A DNA stretch of 64,000 nt from a virus: positions 10,434-74,433 of the IMG/VR virus record IMGVR_UViG_3300023493_000006; one strand, given 5' to 3'. This document shows, piece by piece, positions 54,744-64,000 of the stretch. The notes under the pieces were generated by a model, which made no database searches, was not told where the DNA came from, and saw nothing but the letters and a program-made list of their open reading frames with translations. A program made the translations under genes and the position numbers. Each line of letters starts with the position of its first letter. Positions within the stretch are counted from its first letter, which is position 1.

Positions 54744-54974
54744 TCAGTGGCATTGACCAGCAGAAAGGTTCGCATCACAGCCGTAGATATCAATATCTGA
54801 TTTCTTAATAGTGCTGTCCCATAACACTTTTCCAAACAGTTCTCCTGCACTCATATCGCAGTATTTAATCATGCTTCCACACGAGCCATCTATATCCCAG
54901 TATTTACCTGGGCCAGAAAAACAGCTTTTTTCCAGCAATTGACTAAGAAATTTTGTTGTTTCAGATCTTTTCAT
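54744..54974 (-). CDS. Hypothetical protein (76 aa)
   Basis: ORF. Confidence 0.35.
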   Translation of the reverse strand: MKRSETTKFLSQLLEKSCFSGPGKYWDIDGSCGSMIKYCDMSAGELFGKVLWDSTIKKSDIDIYGCDANLSAGQCH

Positions 54975-55264
54975 TCTTCCACATCCTCATAAGTTTCTCT
55001 GAATATATCTGGCTTACACGGATAAAATTCACCGTGAACACCACGGATGATATAATCACCAATATTTGCCAGATGTTCACCCTCTAGCGTTTTGATTACT
55101 AATCCGCCCGGAACCTTCCGATGGTCAATATAGAAATTCTTACCTTCTGCCGGAATGTACTGGTCCGTACACTGATAGTCCGTCAGAAAATCGAACATTT
55201 CTCGATGATTTGTACCAGTCCACTGTACTGCATCAATTACAACTGGCTTCTTTCTGTACTTCAT
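54971..55264 (-). CDS. Hypothetical protein (97 aa)
   Basis: ORF, 4-nt overlap. Confidence 0.4.
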   Translation of the reverse strand: MKYRKKPVVIDAVQWTGTNHREMFDFLTDYQCTDQYIPAEGKNFYIDHRKVPGGLVIKTLEGEHLANIGDYIIRGVHGEFYPCKPDIFRETYEDVEE

Positions 55265-55542
55265 GCTTCTACCTCACTATCCTCTGGCATCTGGAACGTC
55301 ATTCCATTTTTGAGCATTTCTCCAAGTTCTCCCGCATGTGCTTTGTTTTCTTCCGTTTTTGGCTTCATACTTAATATCCTACATACTTCTGGAATTACAT
55401 ATTTTGTGTATTCTGAATCTCCATATGCTTCCTGAATCATATCCAGTACTTTCATGGCTTTTTCTTTGGTGGAATATTTTCCTAAAATAAGATATCCTCC
55501 ATTTCTCTGTGCATCCTGCAAACTCCAACATATAACCTTCAA
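55261..55542 (-). CDS. Hypothetical protein (93 aa)
   Basis: ORF. Confidence 0.4.
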   Translation of the reverse strand: MKVICWSLQDAQRNGGYLILGKYSTKEKAMKVLDMIQEAYGDSEYTKYVIPEVCRILSMKPKTEENKAHAGELGEMLKNGMTFQMPEDSEVEA

Positions 55543-55598
55543 TGAATCTGGGAGTTTTAGATTAACTACAATGTTTTCAAGCTTTTACCAATGCTGTT

Positions 55599-55904
55599 TT
55601 ATCCTGGCTTCTGATTAACATTTTGCGTCCTCACTTTCTCGTATAATTCATAATATTCTTCAAATGTTTCTGGCAGTTTGATACAATCTGGCTCATAAGG
55701 TTTTGGATATACCGTATATCCGCACTTCGGGCATTTGATTTCCGGTGGATAATATTCGACCCATTCCATGTTTCCACCGCATTTTCTGCAACGAATGTAT
55801 CTCTCTACTTTCTTTGGCTTGATTTTGAAAAATGAAGTATAATTATTCTTTCTCATTTCCATCCTCACTTTCCCTATGTAAGCAACTACATGGTTAATCA
55901 ACAA
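55599..55904 (-). CDS. Zinc-ribbon protein (101 aa)
   Basis: CRKCGG...CPKCGY. Confidence 0.45.
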   Translation of the reverse strand: MLINHVVAYIGKVRMEMRKNNYTSFFKIKPKKVERYIRCRKCGGNMEWVEYYPPEIKCPKCGYTVYPKPYEPDCIKLPETFEEYYELYEKVRTQNVNQKPG

Positions 55905-56359
55905 AACTCCATCTGTCCATCATCAATAAACTTCTTTTTCTTCCGGCTCAATATATTACCCTGCTGTTTCAATCTATTCACACGGGCTTTCTGGTTAAAG
56001 CTTGCCATATAATCATCGTCAACTTCTGGCGGTACTTTTAGAAAATATTCTTCGGGAAGTGGAAGATTATGTTCCTCACAACAATTTGCAATCTCATTTC
56101 TGTATGAAAGAATATGATTTCTGGTTAGATTCATATTGCAGCCATCCGCCCAAAATGGATCATTACAGCCATTTTCGTTGATGCGCTCCCAGATAACACG
56201 CTCATGTAATAGATTTTCTCTTAACAGCTCTAATTCCTGTTCCGGTGTTTTCTGCTTCATTCTCCTTCTCCTTTCGCTCATGTAAACAATTGACACGCTA
56301 TTGTGCAGTTGGCACATGATTTTAATACTCAATAAAATCAGATAATTCCATCTGACCAA
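55898..56359 (-). CDS. Hypothetical protein (153 aa)
   Basis: ORF. Confidence 0.4.
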   Translation of the reverse strand: MVRWNYLILLSIKIMCQLHNSVSIVYMSERRRRMKQKTPEQELELLRENLLHERVIWERINENGCNDPFWADGCNMNLTRNHILSYRNEIANCCEEHNLPLPEEYFLKVPPEVDDDYMASFNQKARVNRLKQQGNILSRKKKKFIDDGQMEFC

Positions 56360-57212
56360 CTACGTTGTTATCTTGCATCCACCATAGATAAACTTCTTCA
56401 CCACAGCTCCACTTCACATCTTTTCCGCGCCGCTTGCGTTCCTCAATCATTCTGTCAAAAGCACGTATATAGGCTTGCTTGTACTTTGGAAAATCGTACA
56501 TTTCCTTTTCCCTCTGCTTCTTTGATGCAAGCGGACAACCTAGACAGCCTAACCGATTATATCCACATTGATATAAATCACATACTTGAATATTTCTTTC
56601 GCCAATGAACTGCCAGATATTCTGATTTGTCCAGTCAATAATTGGATTAACTACTGTCTTTGCTTTCATCTGGCAATTTTCAAATAATCTTCTAGTACAA
56701 TCATTATCGGTTATAAGCATTTTCTCATCAGAAACGCCGATACTTTTGCTTGCTGTCTGTCCTAATACTTCAAATGGGCTTCTATTACTTCTCTTGCTAC
56801 TTTCAGACCATCTAACGCCTGTTGCAATCATTCTGTTAGGATTCCCACCTTCTTTCAGTTCTGAACAGCAATACCGAACAATTCTGGTAGGTGGCATTAG
56901 TTTTCTTGGAATAAGATTCCACATTGTAAGACGGTTGCCGTTTTCCTGCACATGATAATCAATCTCGCATTTGATGCCTTTGTCCGTCAATTCAGAAAAC
57001 GTATTCTTGATATGCCTTACTGTCTGCGGTGCATCAACAGTGGTATGTGAGTTATGTACTTCAAACGGGATTCCAGACATTCTGAATAGTTCAAGAAGCA
57101 CATCTGAATCCTTTCCGCCGGAATACTCACATACAAGTGGTTTGTTATAATGTTTCAACGAGAGATCAGACGCAAGCCGGATTCTTTCAATTGCTTTTTG
57201 TTCTAAATCCAT
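56322..57212 (-). CDS. PAPS-reductase-family PP-loop protein with a C-terminal Cys cluster
   Basis: EYSGGKDSDV P-loop. CDLYQCGYNRLGCLGCP Cys cluster. Confidence 0.7.
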   Translation of the reverse strand: MDLEQKAIERIRLASDLSLKHYNKPLVCEYSGGKDSDVLLELFRMSGIPFEVHNSHTTVDAPQTVRHIKNTFSELTDKGIKCEIDYHVQENGNRLTMWNLIPRKLMPPTRIVRYCCSELKEGGNPNRMIATGVRWSESSKRSNRSPFEVLGQTASKSIGVSDEKMLITDNDCTRRLFENCQMKAKTVVNPIIDWTNQNIWQFIGERNIQVCDLYQCGYNRLGCLGCPLASKKQREKEMYDFPKYKQAYIRAFDRMIEERKRRGKDVKWSCGEEVYLWWMQDNNVVGQMELSDFIEY

Positions 57213-57217
57213 AATAT

Positions 57218-57619
57218 TTACACTCCAAATCTTCTAACCAATTCTTTATTCAAATCTGGGATTCTTACATCTGTTTCAGATTCCAATTCCTCAATCATGC
57301 TCATAAAGCTTCTTTCGCCACGGTTCGCTTGTCCCACAAACTCATTTGCACAATTGATTACGTCTAAAAGCCTTTTGGTTGAAAATCCATGCAGTTTTCT
57401 TAATGCCAACATCATAGTTACGGAATTGATCGTATTCGCCCAGTCATCACCAGTATTGAATCCATCGTTATAGGCTTGATCTTGCATGATTTCCAACTCT
57501 TTACGTGAGTTCTGCATGGCTCTGGCGAATGCCTGTGACATTTGATTATCGCATTCCAACACCCTATTTTTCTTTGGCGCTTTCATCTTTAATTTACTTC
57601 CCATGCTTTTTCCTTTCAC
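57218..57619 (-). CDS. Hypothetical protein (133 aa)
   Basis: ORF. Confidence 0.4.
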   Translation of the reverse strand: MKGKSMGSKLKMKAPKKNRVLECDNQMSQAFARAMQNSRKELEIMQDQAYNDGFNTGDDWANTINSVTMMLALRKLHGFSTKRLLDVINCANEFVGQANRGERSFMSMIEELESETDVRIPDLNKELVRRFGV

Positions 57620-57863
57620 ATCTGTATTCCGTCAAACGGTATGCTCTCGATATTCCCGGATGTTCTGTGGCAATCAGAGAATCCATCTCCAATTGCCGCA
57701 TATGTCTTTGGACGGTACACTTTGTAAGGCCTGTTCCATCCATAATTTCTTCATAAGAAGGCATATATCCATGTTTCTCAAAATACTTCACCAAAAATCT
57801 GTAAATATCGTTTCTGGCAGATTGTCCTTCATTATATTTCCTCTGACGGTAATTCATACGCAA
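57594..57863 (-). CDS. LexA-N-terminal-like winged-helix DNA-binding protein (no peptidase domain)
   Basis: FEKHGYMPSYEEIMDGTGLTKCTVQRHMRQLEMDSLI parallels the LexA DNA-binding domain. Confidence 0.5.
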   Translation of the reverse strand: MRMNYRQRKYNEGQSARNDIYRFLVKYFEKHGYMPSYEEIMDGTGLTKCTVQRHMRQLEMDSLIATEHPGISRAYRLTEYRCERKKHGK

Positions 57864-58171
57864 AACGGCTCTTCTTCCGCAGTATTGCTTTTTTCTTCAC
57901 GCATTTTATTTAATCTTTCCGCAGCTTTCTTCTTTGTTTCATCGGAATATTTTCTCGGTGGATTGATTTTAATGTAGGAATACGGCAAGTGAGCGAAAAT
58001 AGATCCATCATTATTTCTGGCAAGAATTTTTACATCGTCTGGAAATTCCTTTTCTAATTCCTCACATCTGTTCTTCCAGGTACTCCCATTCTTAGCAGTA
58101 AGTCCTACATAATCTCTTCCGGGAATCCACTCAATTACACATTCGTTTGTGTTTTCTGACACAAAACTCAC
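57854..58171 (-). CDS. Hypothetical protein (105 aa)
   Basis: ORF. Confidence 0.4.
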   Translation of the reverse strand: MSFVSENTNECVIEWIPGRDYVGLTAKNGSTWKNRCEELEKEFPDDVKILARNNDGSIFAHLPYSYIKINPPRKYSDETKKKAAERLNKMREEKSNTAEEEPFCV

Positions 58172-58235
58172 CTCTATTCATTTTTTTATTTTTTATCTTT
58201 GGAATTTAGCCAGTAGAACTACTGGTGTGTTAGAA

Positions 58236-58826
58236 TCAGTGATAGTTTTCTTCGTTGAGTAAGTCGTTAAATTTTTCCAACGCCTTAATAGATACTTTGT
58301 TATTTGCTTTTTCTGGTCTGATTGATACGTTTAAATGGATATCAATGATGTGTTTTAGTTCTCTTGCAAGGGTTATTTTCCCCTGTTGGATTCCATCTCT
58401 ATATCCTTTTGCTGGACGAAATTCATTGATTTTTTCTTTCCCTTCCCCTTGGCTCCCAGAGGTTTTATTATATCTGCATTGATATCCTTTTTTGGTATAC
58501 TCTAATATCCAGTATTGTTCCATTTTATCAAGCTGTTCGACAGGATAATGGATAAAATTTATTTTCCACCCAAAAGGATTTTCTCCGCTGTAAAATCCTC
58601 TTTTCTTAATTGATAGGTCTATGTGCTGATACCCAGTAAGGTGTGAGCACATCCTCTGAATTATATGTACTGCCTGACCTATATAAAAGTATGAGATTTC
58701 GTTTTCATCAGTTCTGGTTAAAAAATATATTCCGCTCCCATCATCAAGCTTTGGATTGATCTTCATGAGTCTTTTTCGATTCGTTGTTTCAATAGCTTTT
58801 GCCTGTCTAAGCTTTTTATAATCCAC
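58236..58826 (-). CDS. GIY-YIG nuclease-domain protein
   Basis: GIYFLTRTDENEISYFYIGQA (GIY...YIG). Downstream R and E/N residues. Confidence 0.65.
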   Translation of the reverse strand: MDYKKLRQAKAIETTNRKRLMKINPKLDDGSGIYFLTRTDENEISYFYIGQAVHIIQRMCSHLTGYQHIDLSIKKRGFYSGENPFGWKINFIHYPVEQLDKMEQYWILEYTKKGYQCRYNKTSGSQGEGKEKINEFRPAKGYRDGIQQGKITLARELKHIIDIHLNVSIRPEKANNKVSIKALEKFNDLLNEENYH

Positions 58827-58832
58827 CCAGAA

Positions 58833-59258
58833 TCACTCCTTTTCAATCTGGTCAATGAGTTTTTTGCACTCAGCTTTGACATAAGCAAGTGAGTGAATTT
58901 TGCAATCTGGATTTTTGTTTAATTCTCGCCAGTAATCTCCCATTATTTTAAGCATTTTTTTGAAGTCTGGTTCTTCCCCGAAATACTGTTCTGCTATCTC
59001 AATATCATAACCATCGAAACAATGAGCGCAGTCAAATCCAATCCACCATGTATCATCATCGTCACAATCGTGTAGAAATGGTTCTGAATAAGTAACTCCA
59101 CCATGACAGTCAAGATAACCTAAATCATCAACACTTTTCTTTGCTAACTTATGGCTGTAAGGTATACCAACATATCCGCATCTGTATGCTCCTGGCATAA
59201 ACAGAACCACATATGGATAACCTTTGTATGTAGACTTTGTTTCTAAAACTGGTTTCAT
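58833..59258 (-). CDS. Cys/His-rich hypothetical protein (141 aa)
   Basis: ORF. Confidence 0.4.
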   Translation of the reverse strand: MKPVLETKSTYKGYPYVVLFMPGAYRCGYVGIPYSHKLAKKSVDDLGYLDCHGGVTYSEPFLHDCDDDDTWWIGFDCAHCFDGYDIEIAEQYFGEEPDFKKMLKIMGDYWRELNKNPDCKIHSLAYVKAECKKLIDQIEKE

Positions 59259-59262
59259 TTAA

Positions 59263-59709
59263 TCACTCCCATTCACTCTCGTATTCATCTTCGCCCTCAT
59301 CATAGTAACCATTTTCCATGATTTCTTTGAATGCAGCTATTGCCTTTCTGAACCTGTCACGCAAAACCTGTTCTTTCTGTTCAAGATCATCAATAACCTT
59401 TTTTCTTTCTGCGATTTCTTCTAAAAGAGATTTATTCTCTTCTTCAAGATTGTATCTGGCAATGCGTTTCATGGTTGTTGGATCAAGTTTTACAAGTTCC
59501 TTTCCAGTAACGTAAAGAGTTGTTGGATTCATTATTGCCGGCGCATACGTTCTTGTCTCGCCATAAACCGATGTAGTTTCTATTTGTTCTGGCGGTTCAG
59601 TAATATCCTCAATAGATTCAACATCAAAGCACATCATTTTCTGATTGCTAAAATAAATAATCTGTCCTGTTTGTACCATTTCATCACTCCTAACTAAACG
59701 GAAATTCAT
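59263..59709 (-). CDS. Hypothetical protein (148 aa)
   Basis: ORF. Confidence 0.4.
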   Translation of the reverse strand: MNFRLVRSDEMVQTGQIIYFSNQKMMCFDVESIEDITEPPEQIETTSVYGETRTYAPAIMNPTTLYVTGKELVKLDPTTMKRIARYNLEEENKSLLEEIAERKKVIDDLEQKEQVLRDRFRKAIAAFKEIMENGYYDEGEDEYESEWE

Positions 59710-60121
59710 CTTCCATACTGCCTAAATCTGGCACATCCATGAAACTAGGTTCCGGCGGCGGTACTGGTCGTGTATCTGGTTTCTGTGGATTCTCTGTCTG
59801 ACCTTTGTTTTCTGCAAAATCATGTGATTCCACAAAACAGTCATTTGTGTATATTTTTTCACCATTTTGGTTCGTATAACTTCCAGTCTGCCATTTCCCT
59901 CTAATATTAATTTTCATTCCTTTTTTCAGAAATTTCTCAACAAATTCTGCATTCTTTCCAAGTGCTACGCATGGTATAAAGTCGGCTTTACGCTCTGTGT
60001 TCTTTCTTTTTTCTCTATCAACCGCCAATGTGTATCTGGCAATCTTAGTGTCGTTAGTTCCCATTCGTATTTCCGGGTCAGCTGTCAGCCGCCCGGATAA
60101 TACAACTACATTAAATCCCAT
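59690..60121 (-). CDS. ssb: Single-stranded DNA-binding protein
   Basis: Start MGFNVVVLSGRLTADPEIR (RBS GAGAGGTGA). OB-fold pattern. Acidic C-terminus ...MEDEFPFS (the DDIPF-type tail). Confidence 0.85.
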   Translation of the reverse strand: MGFNVVVLSGRLTADPEIRMGTNDTKIARYTLAVDREKRKNTERKADFIPCVALGKNAEFVEKFLKKGMKINIRGKWQTGSYTNQNGEKIYTNDCFVESHDFAENKGQTENPQKPDTRPVPPPEPSFMDVPDLGSMEDEFPFS

Positions 60122-60125
60122 ACAA

Positions 60126-60407
60126 TCACCTCTCAATCTGAATGTCGCATCTAATAAGTGCGTGTTTGATTTTCTTTGTATTTCCTGTTACAGTTTCTTC
60201 TTTCCCGATAACAAAGGAAATATCATCTTCTGTTACGTTGAATCCTTTTGTTTTGATATGCTCCATGATGATTTCTTTAATTTCATCTGTGCCGATTCCG
60301 ATTGTTATTTCCAATGGTGTTACCTCCCTGGTTTGTATACTGGTGGCATTGGTTGCCATGCAATGACTGGGTAATATGCAATTCCGTGTTCTTCTACCAT
60401 GCCCCAT
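60126..60407 (-). CDS. Hypothetical protein (93 aa)
   Basis: ORF. Confidence 0.35.
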   Translation of the reverse strand: MGHGRRTRNCILPSHCMATNATSIQTREVTPLEITIGIGTDEIKEIIMEHIKTKGFNVTEDDISFVIGKEETVTGNTKKIKHALIRCDIQIER

Positions 60408-60676
60408 CTTCCACCGCCTAAATATGTAAGGGTTGTTGGTAACTCGGCGTCTTTTATGGTAACGTTGTATTTTATCTTATCTTCTGGGCTTTCTCTCACA
60501 TCTGGCTCTGGCGGTAACTTCACATCTGTTGGAATCCACATATCCGCAGGACTGTAGGAACAGATCAGTTCTTCAACTTTCTTGATTGCGTCATTCCAAC
60601 CTTTGTCGTACTTACATTCCTGTTCGGAAGGTTCTGGCTTTTTCAGTTTGTTAAGTGTTTTTAAGAAGATTTTCAT
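60320..60676 (-). CDS. Hypothetical protein (118 aa)
   Basis: ORF. Confidence 0.4.
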   Translation of the reverse strand: MKIFLKTLNKLKKPEPSEQECKYDKGWNDAIKKVEELICSYSPADMWIPTDVKLPPEPDVRESPEDKIKYNVTIKDAELPTTLTYLGGGRWGMVEEHGIAYYPVIAWQPMPPVYKPGR

Positions 60677-60679
60677 TGG

Positions 60680-61009
60680 TTAATCCTCCTTAACTTTCTC
60701 GACAGTTTCTTTTATCGCTTCTTTCACAGCCTTGGTTTTAATCATCTTATCTGCCAAGGCTTTTGCCGCTTCCTGTACGATCACGCTTTCATTCTTTTCT
60801 AGTATCTCGGAAATATGAGAATGTATCATCCTACACAGCGGCTCATTGGTTTCTCTACTACCATATAACTCTTTTTTATAAATAACTCCTTTGATTTCTT
60901 TAGTAATTTTTTCAACTACCCTGTCCTCAACATTTTTACGGATTTCCTTGGCAATTTCTTCCTCATTAACACCAATCGTTACTGGTACACTGAATACGCT
61001 CATTTTCAA
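60680..61009 (-). CDS. Hypothetical protein (109 aa)
   Basis: ORF. Confidence 0.4.
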   Translation of the reverse strand: MKMSVFSVPVTIGVNEEEIAKEIRKNVEDRVVEKITKEIKGVIYKKELYGSRETNEPLCRMIHSHISEILEKNESVIVQEAAKALADKMIKTKAVKEAIKETVEKVKED

Positions 61010-61488
61010 TTTCCCTCCCCTATAGCTATCACATCACATCCAATAAATACCAATTCCTCATGTTCACTCATTCCATAGCCGACAGATTTTCTTCCTACTT
61101 TAAAAAATACATTATTTGTATTAACCGTAACTCCTTCAGTTTTTTCCATATAATCAGAAACAATAGCTTTCAAAATATCTTCATTTAAGAAAGTTTTTCT
61201 TTCGACTATCGGATGTTCTTTTGGCATATATTCAAGCCATGTCTCTATACCTTTGTATTCTTTTCCTTCTGTGTCAGTCCATTCGCCATTTCCAGTATAT
61301 GCAAGCATGATGATTCTTTCAGAGTTTTTCAGCTTTACATAATACAAACATGCGGTATCATCAGTTGGAGCTTCTGGAAGCATATCTCTTACTGAGCGCC
61401 ATGCACTAGTTGAAGGAATTGTTTTTCCTGCTTTACGGTCTACATGCTCCTGTCCTTTAATTACATAGTTTCTAAATTTTTTTGGCAT
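61006..61488 (-). CDS. Hypothetical protein (160 aa)
   Basis: ORF. Confidence 0.4.
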   Translation of the reverse strand: MPKKFRNYVIKGQEHVDRKAGKTIPSTSAWRSVRDMLPEAPTDDTACLYYVKLKNSERIIMLAYTGNGEWTDTEGKEYKGIETWLEYMPKEHPIVERKTFLNEDILKAIVSDYMEKTEGVTVNTNNVFFKVGRKSVGYGMSEHEELVFIGCDVIAIGEGN

Positions 61489-61505
61489 TAATTTTCTCCT
61501 TTCAA

Positions 61506-61781
61506 TTATTCAGTCGAATTGTTTTCCTTATCATCTTCAACTGCTTTCCAAATACAATCCATAACAGATGCATAATCAAGCAGTATTTCTCTTTCTCTGA
61601 TGTTTCTTCCGTCTTTTTCATGCCAATCTCTCACTATATAAAGTTCGGCATTTGCAGAAAGAATATCTGTTTTCATGTCCCAGTATTTAATATGAATTTC
61701 ATAAGCTGCATTTGCAGAAATTGGATTTACATAAATTCCTTTTGTTACTTCTTTCCAATCTTTTAATTCAATTGATACCAT
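61506..61781 (-). CDS. Hypothetical protein (91 aa)
   Basis: ORF. Confidence 0.4.
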   Translation of the reverse strand: MVSIELKDWKEVTKGIYVNPISANAAYEIHIKYWDMKTDILSANAELYIVRDWHEKDGRNIREREILLDYASVMDCIWKAVEDDKENNSTE

Positions 61782-61793
61782 CTATTTCTCCTT

Positions 61794-62569
61794 TCAAAAC
61801 GGACATAAGTCCAAATTAACTTCAAGTCCAGGTCTGGCAATCTGCACCAGGGCATCATCCCAAACCACTGCTTCTTTTATCTCTTTCAAAATCTGTTCCG
61901 GGTCAGCTGTTTCATTACTCAAATGCACCAATGTTACTGTCCGTAATGCTGCCGTATGGTTTGTATTCACCAAGCTTTTGCAAGTATCTAAGGAACAATG
62001 CCCTTTAAGCCTGTGCGTGTAATTTTCAGCTGTTTTGTCAACCAATTCTTTACAATAGTTGCACTCAATAACTAAGTGATTCAGTCGCATTGCCTTGAAA
62101 TTGTATCGGCAAAATTCAAAGTCTGTCATGTACAACAGCTTTCCCATCTCTTCATGTTCCACGATATACCCATAATTGAAACATGAAATAAGTTGCCCTG
62201 TGTCCTTATCCCTTGTAGTATGCGGCAAATAGAACGGTATTACTGTAAACGAGCCAACCCGAAATGGTCTTTTTTCTGGAACGCCTTTCATTAATTCGCC
62301 AGTGATGATTTGCAGATGTTCCACAGTTTCATCATTGGTGTAAATCTGAATACCTAAATTCATCAGATTTTTAAATGATTCACGGTGATCACTCAACCGT
62401 GTTCATGGGTAAGAAGCACGCCAGAAACATCACTTGTTCTGTAATCAATAGCTTTCAGAATGTCTTTGTATCTGCATCCGCAGTCCAGAAGAAGCATTTC
62501 TCCGCTGTTCGATTTCAGAACATAGCAGTTTCCGTGGGTGCTTCCTGTGTTTACTACTCGCATGAACAT
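61794..62569 (-). pseudogene. MBL-fold metallo-hydrolase gene interrupted by a 5-bp insertion (TGAGT) inside the HxHxDH motif
   Basis: N-fragment MFMRVVNTGSTHGNCYVLKSNSGEMLLLDCGCRYKDILKAIDYRTSDVSGVLLTHEHG-stop. Removing 5 nt gives THEHGDHRESFKN in frame with the 200-aa C-fragment. RBS AGAGGTGA. Confidence 0.6.
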
Positions 62570-62604
62570 TTATTATCACCTCTATTTCTAAATATTCCTT
62601 TAAA

Positions 62605-62889
62605 TCAGTTTTCTTCATTCACAACAATACCGCCGTGGATAATAACTCGCTTTCCGTCCGAATCGTCAAAATAAACTTCATTTTCAGATTCGGAAACATC
62701 GAACTTCCCAGACCAGGACTTGATTTTACCGCCATTGTAATCGTAAACAGTTACGGTACGGTTCAGACCACCGTCAATATCACTAGACAGTGATTTTAAT
62801 GATCTGCTACAGGAAGAACAACCGCTAAACATTGTGATTGCTGTAATCCCTGTGATTAATACTGCTGTCTTAATACATTTATGCTTCAT
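62605..62889 (-). CDS. Lipoprotein (94 aa)
   Basis: MKHKCIKTAVLITGITAITMFSGC lipobox. Confidence 0.55.
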   Translation of the reverse strand: MKHKCIKTAVLITGITAITMFSGCSSCSRSLKSLSSDIDGGLNRTVTVYDYNGGKIKSWSGKFDVSESENEVYFDDSDGKRVIIHGGIVVNEEN

Positions 62890-62902
62890 TTTGGCTCTCC
62901 TT

Positions 62903-63064
62903 TTACATTGTAAGTCGGATTATAATGAGTACCACATATGTAATAACATTTAAAAGAATAATTAAATTGGTTCGATTGTATTCATTTTTTCGAATAAAAG
63001 TTACTATCCATCCCAAAAGTGCTACTAAAAGCAAAACAATAAGCACAATTGTGGAAGTTTCCAT
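62903..63064 (-). CDS. Small hydrophobic membrane peptide (53 aa)
   Basis: METSTIVLIVLLLVALLGWIVTFIRKNEYNRTNLIILLNVITYVVLIIIRLTM. RBS AGGAGG. Confidence 0.4.
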   Translation of the reverse strand: METSTIVLIVLLLVALLGWIVTFIRKNEYNRTNLIILLNVITYVVLIIIRLTM

Positions 63065-63065
63065 C

Positions 63066-63935
63066 CTACATTTCCTCCTGGCTCATAAATGACGGAATCT
63101 CTGTTTCCACTGGCTCTGCTGCCGAGACTGGCTCTTTCTCTGCTGTTTTTACAACTTCTGCGACTGTTGGCTGTTTAGGCTGTTCTTCGATTGCCGCTGG
63201 TTGTGGAATGAATTCTTCTGCATTGGCATTCTGTTCGATTTCTTCCTGCACTTCCCTGTACGTAGCATCCATCATGTTATATTCATAAGCCTGCACTGGA
63301 TTATCCCATTTCTTAGGAATTGACTTCATAATATTATTTCGCATTTTACGAATAAGCATAGATTCTTTGGATTGCGTTTCGTAATAAGAGGGTGAGATAT
63401 ATGGTCTTAATTCCTCGCAATCAATAATTGCTTCTAATTCTCCAATCTCGGAAACTTTTTTCATAACCTCTTTTTTCTTTGCTTCAATCTGAGTTTTCTG
63501 TGCATCTGTAGCTTTATATCTGTCAGCACAAATTCCAAAAGTTTCATTCTGGAGGTTATTTTTGATATGTGCCGCAAGATTCTTTAAAACATCTGCTCTC
63601 TCACAGGAATGATACTCAATGTGTCCATCTTTATATTGAATTGGATATACTACACGAACAACTTTTCCAATTCCAGATTCTTCCCATTCTGGCGGTGTGA
63701 TTTCTACACCTTTATGTCTTGGTGGAATATACTCATCACCTTCTCTGACTTTCCAGTATGGGAATACTTTTTCTACATTTACACCATATCTGCTAACAAG
63801 GCTGTCATTTCCATCACCCTCAATAGCAAATTCAATCTTCTTCTCCCATTGAGCTGGTTTCCCTTTTCCTGCTACGTTTACGTTTCTGATCTGGAAATAA
63901 CACTCTCTCGGCTGTGCATTTGCATTCAGTTTCAA
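63066..63935 (-). CDS. Hypothetical protein with an acidic C-terminal tail (recombination/replication module; function unknown)
   Basis: 289 aa. Ends ...EPVETEIPSFMSQEEM. Neighbourhood of ssb. Confidence 0.4.
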   Translation of the reverse strand: MKLNANAQPRECYFQIRNVNVAGKGKPAQWEKKIEFAIEGDGNDSLVSRYGVNVEKVFPYWKVREGDEYIPPRHKGVEITPPEWEESGIGKVVRVVYPIQYKDGHIEYHSCERADVLKNLAAHIKNNLQNETFGICADRYKATDAQKTQIEAKKKEVMKKVSEIGELEAIIDCEELRPYISPSYYETQSKESMLIRKMRNNIMKSIPKKWDNPVQAYEYNMMDATYREVQEEIEQNANAEEFIPQPAAIEEQPKQPTVAEVVKTAEKEPVSAAEPVETEIPSFMSQEEM

Positions 63936-64000
63936 TGCTGCTACTTTGCTCAGAATGAATTTAAGGTTGGAGCCATTTATTGCCTCAAAACTTACTCCGC

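Overview
This 64-kb window is almost entirely a tailed-phage (siphovirus-type) prophage region from a low-GC Firmicute, transcribed mainly right-to-left on the minus strand. From high to low coordinates it runs as follows. (1) An early, recombination and replication module (64000 to ~47200): SSB, a GIY-YIG nuclease, a LexA-N-like regulator, a PAPS-reductase-like PP-loop protein, a frameshifted Dam methyltransferase, a second small MTase, MazG, DUF4317, a replisome organizer with internal iterons, a G39P-like helicase loader and a frameshifted MBL-fold hydrolase. (2) A large serine recombinase embedded internally (45153-46865), next to a ~1-kb noncoding region with a consensus sigma-70 promoter. 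(3) A regulatory and accessory patch (36500-43440) with XRE and RHH regulators, an acidic protein, a small resolvase and a GC-rich structured element. (4) A minus-strand cluster of four tRNAs plus a tRNA-like minihelix (35209-36223). (5) About ten tiny ORFs, several of them zinc ribbons, then an SPFH/band-7 protein with a small membrane partner. (6) The late module: TerL, an ArpU/sigma-r4-like regulator, portal, scaffold, a gpD-like protein, major capsid, connector; then an unusual nine-gene block (XhlA-like, sigma-r4-like, Gly/Trp-rich YjcZ-like membrane protein, Cys-rich, low-complexity proteins, HExxH peptidase); a BppU-N/beta-helix protein; neck proteins; an LL-H-type holin; major tail protein; G/GT chaperones with a -1 slippery site; and a 1554-aa tape measure. 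(7) A ~6-kb cargo island (4222-10462) between the tape measure and the tail-tip genes, carrying a T5orf172 protein, an iteron array, membrane and lipoproteins, DUF1653, a zinc-ribbon membrane protein and a secreted Big_2 protein. (8) A short Dit-like ORF and a large Tal/host-specificity protein that runs off the window start. The main unexplained signals are: a duplicated ori-like iteron array; a ~85-bp late-promoter-like repeat found three times; a homopolymer-interrupted Dam gene; atypical tRNAs; and the cargo island that seems to displace the distal tail protein.
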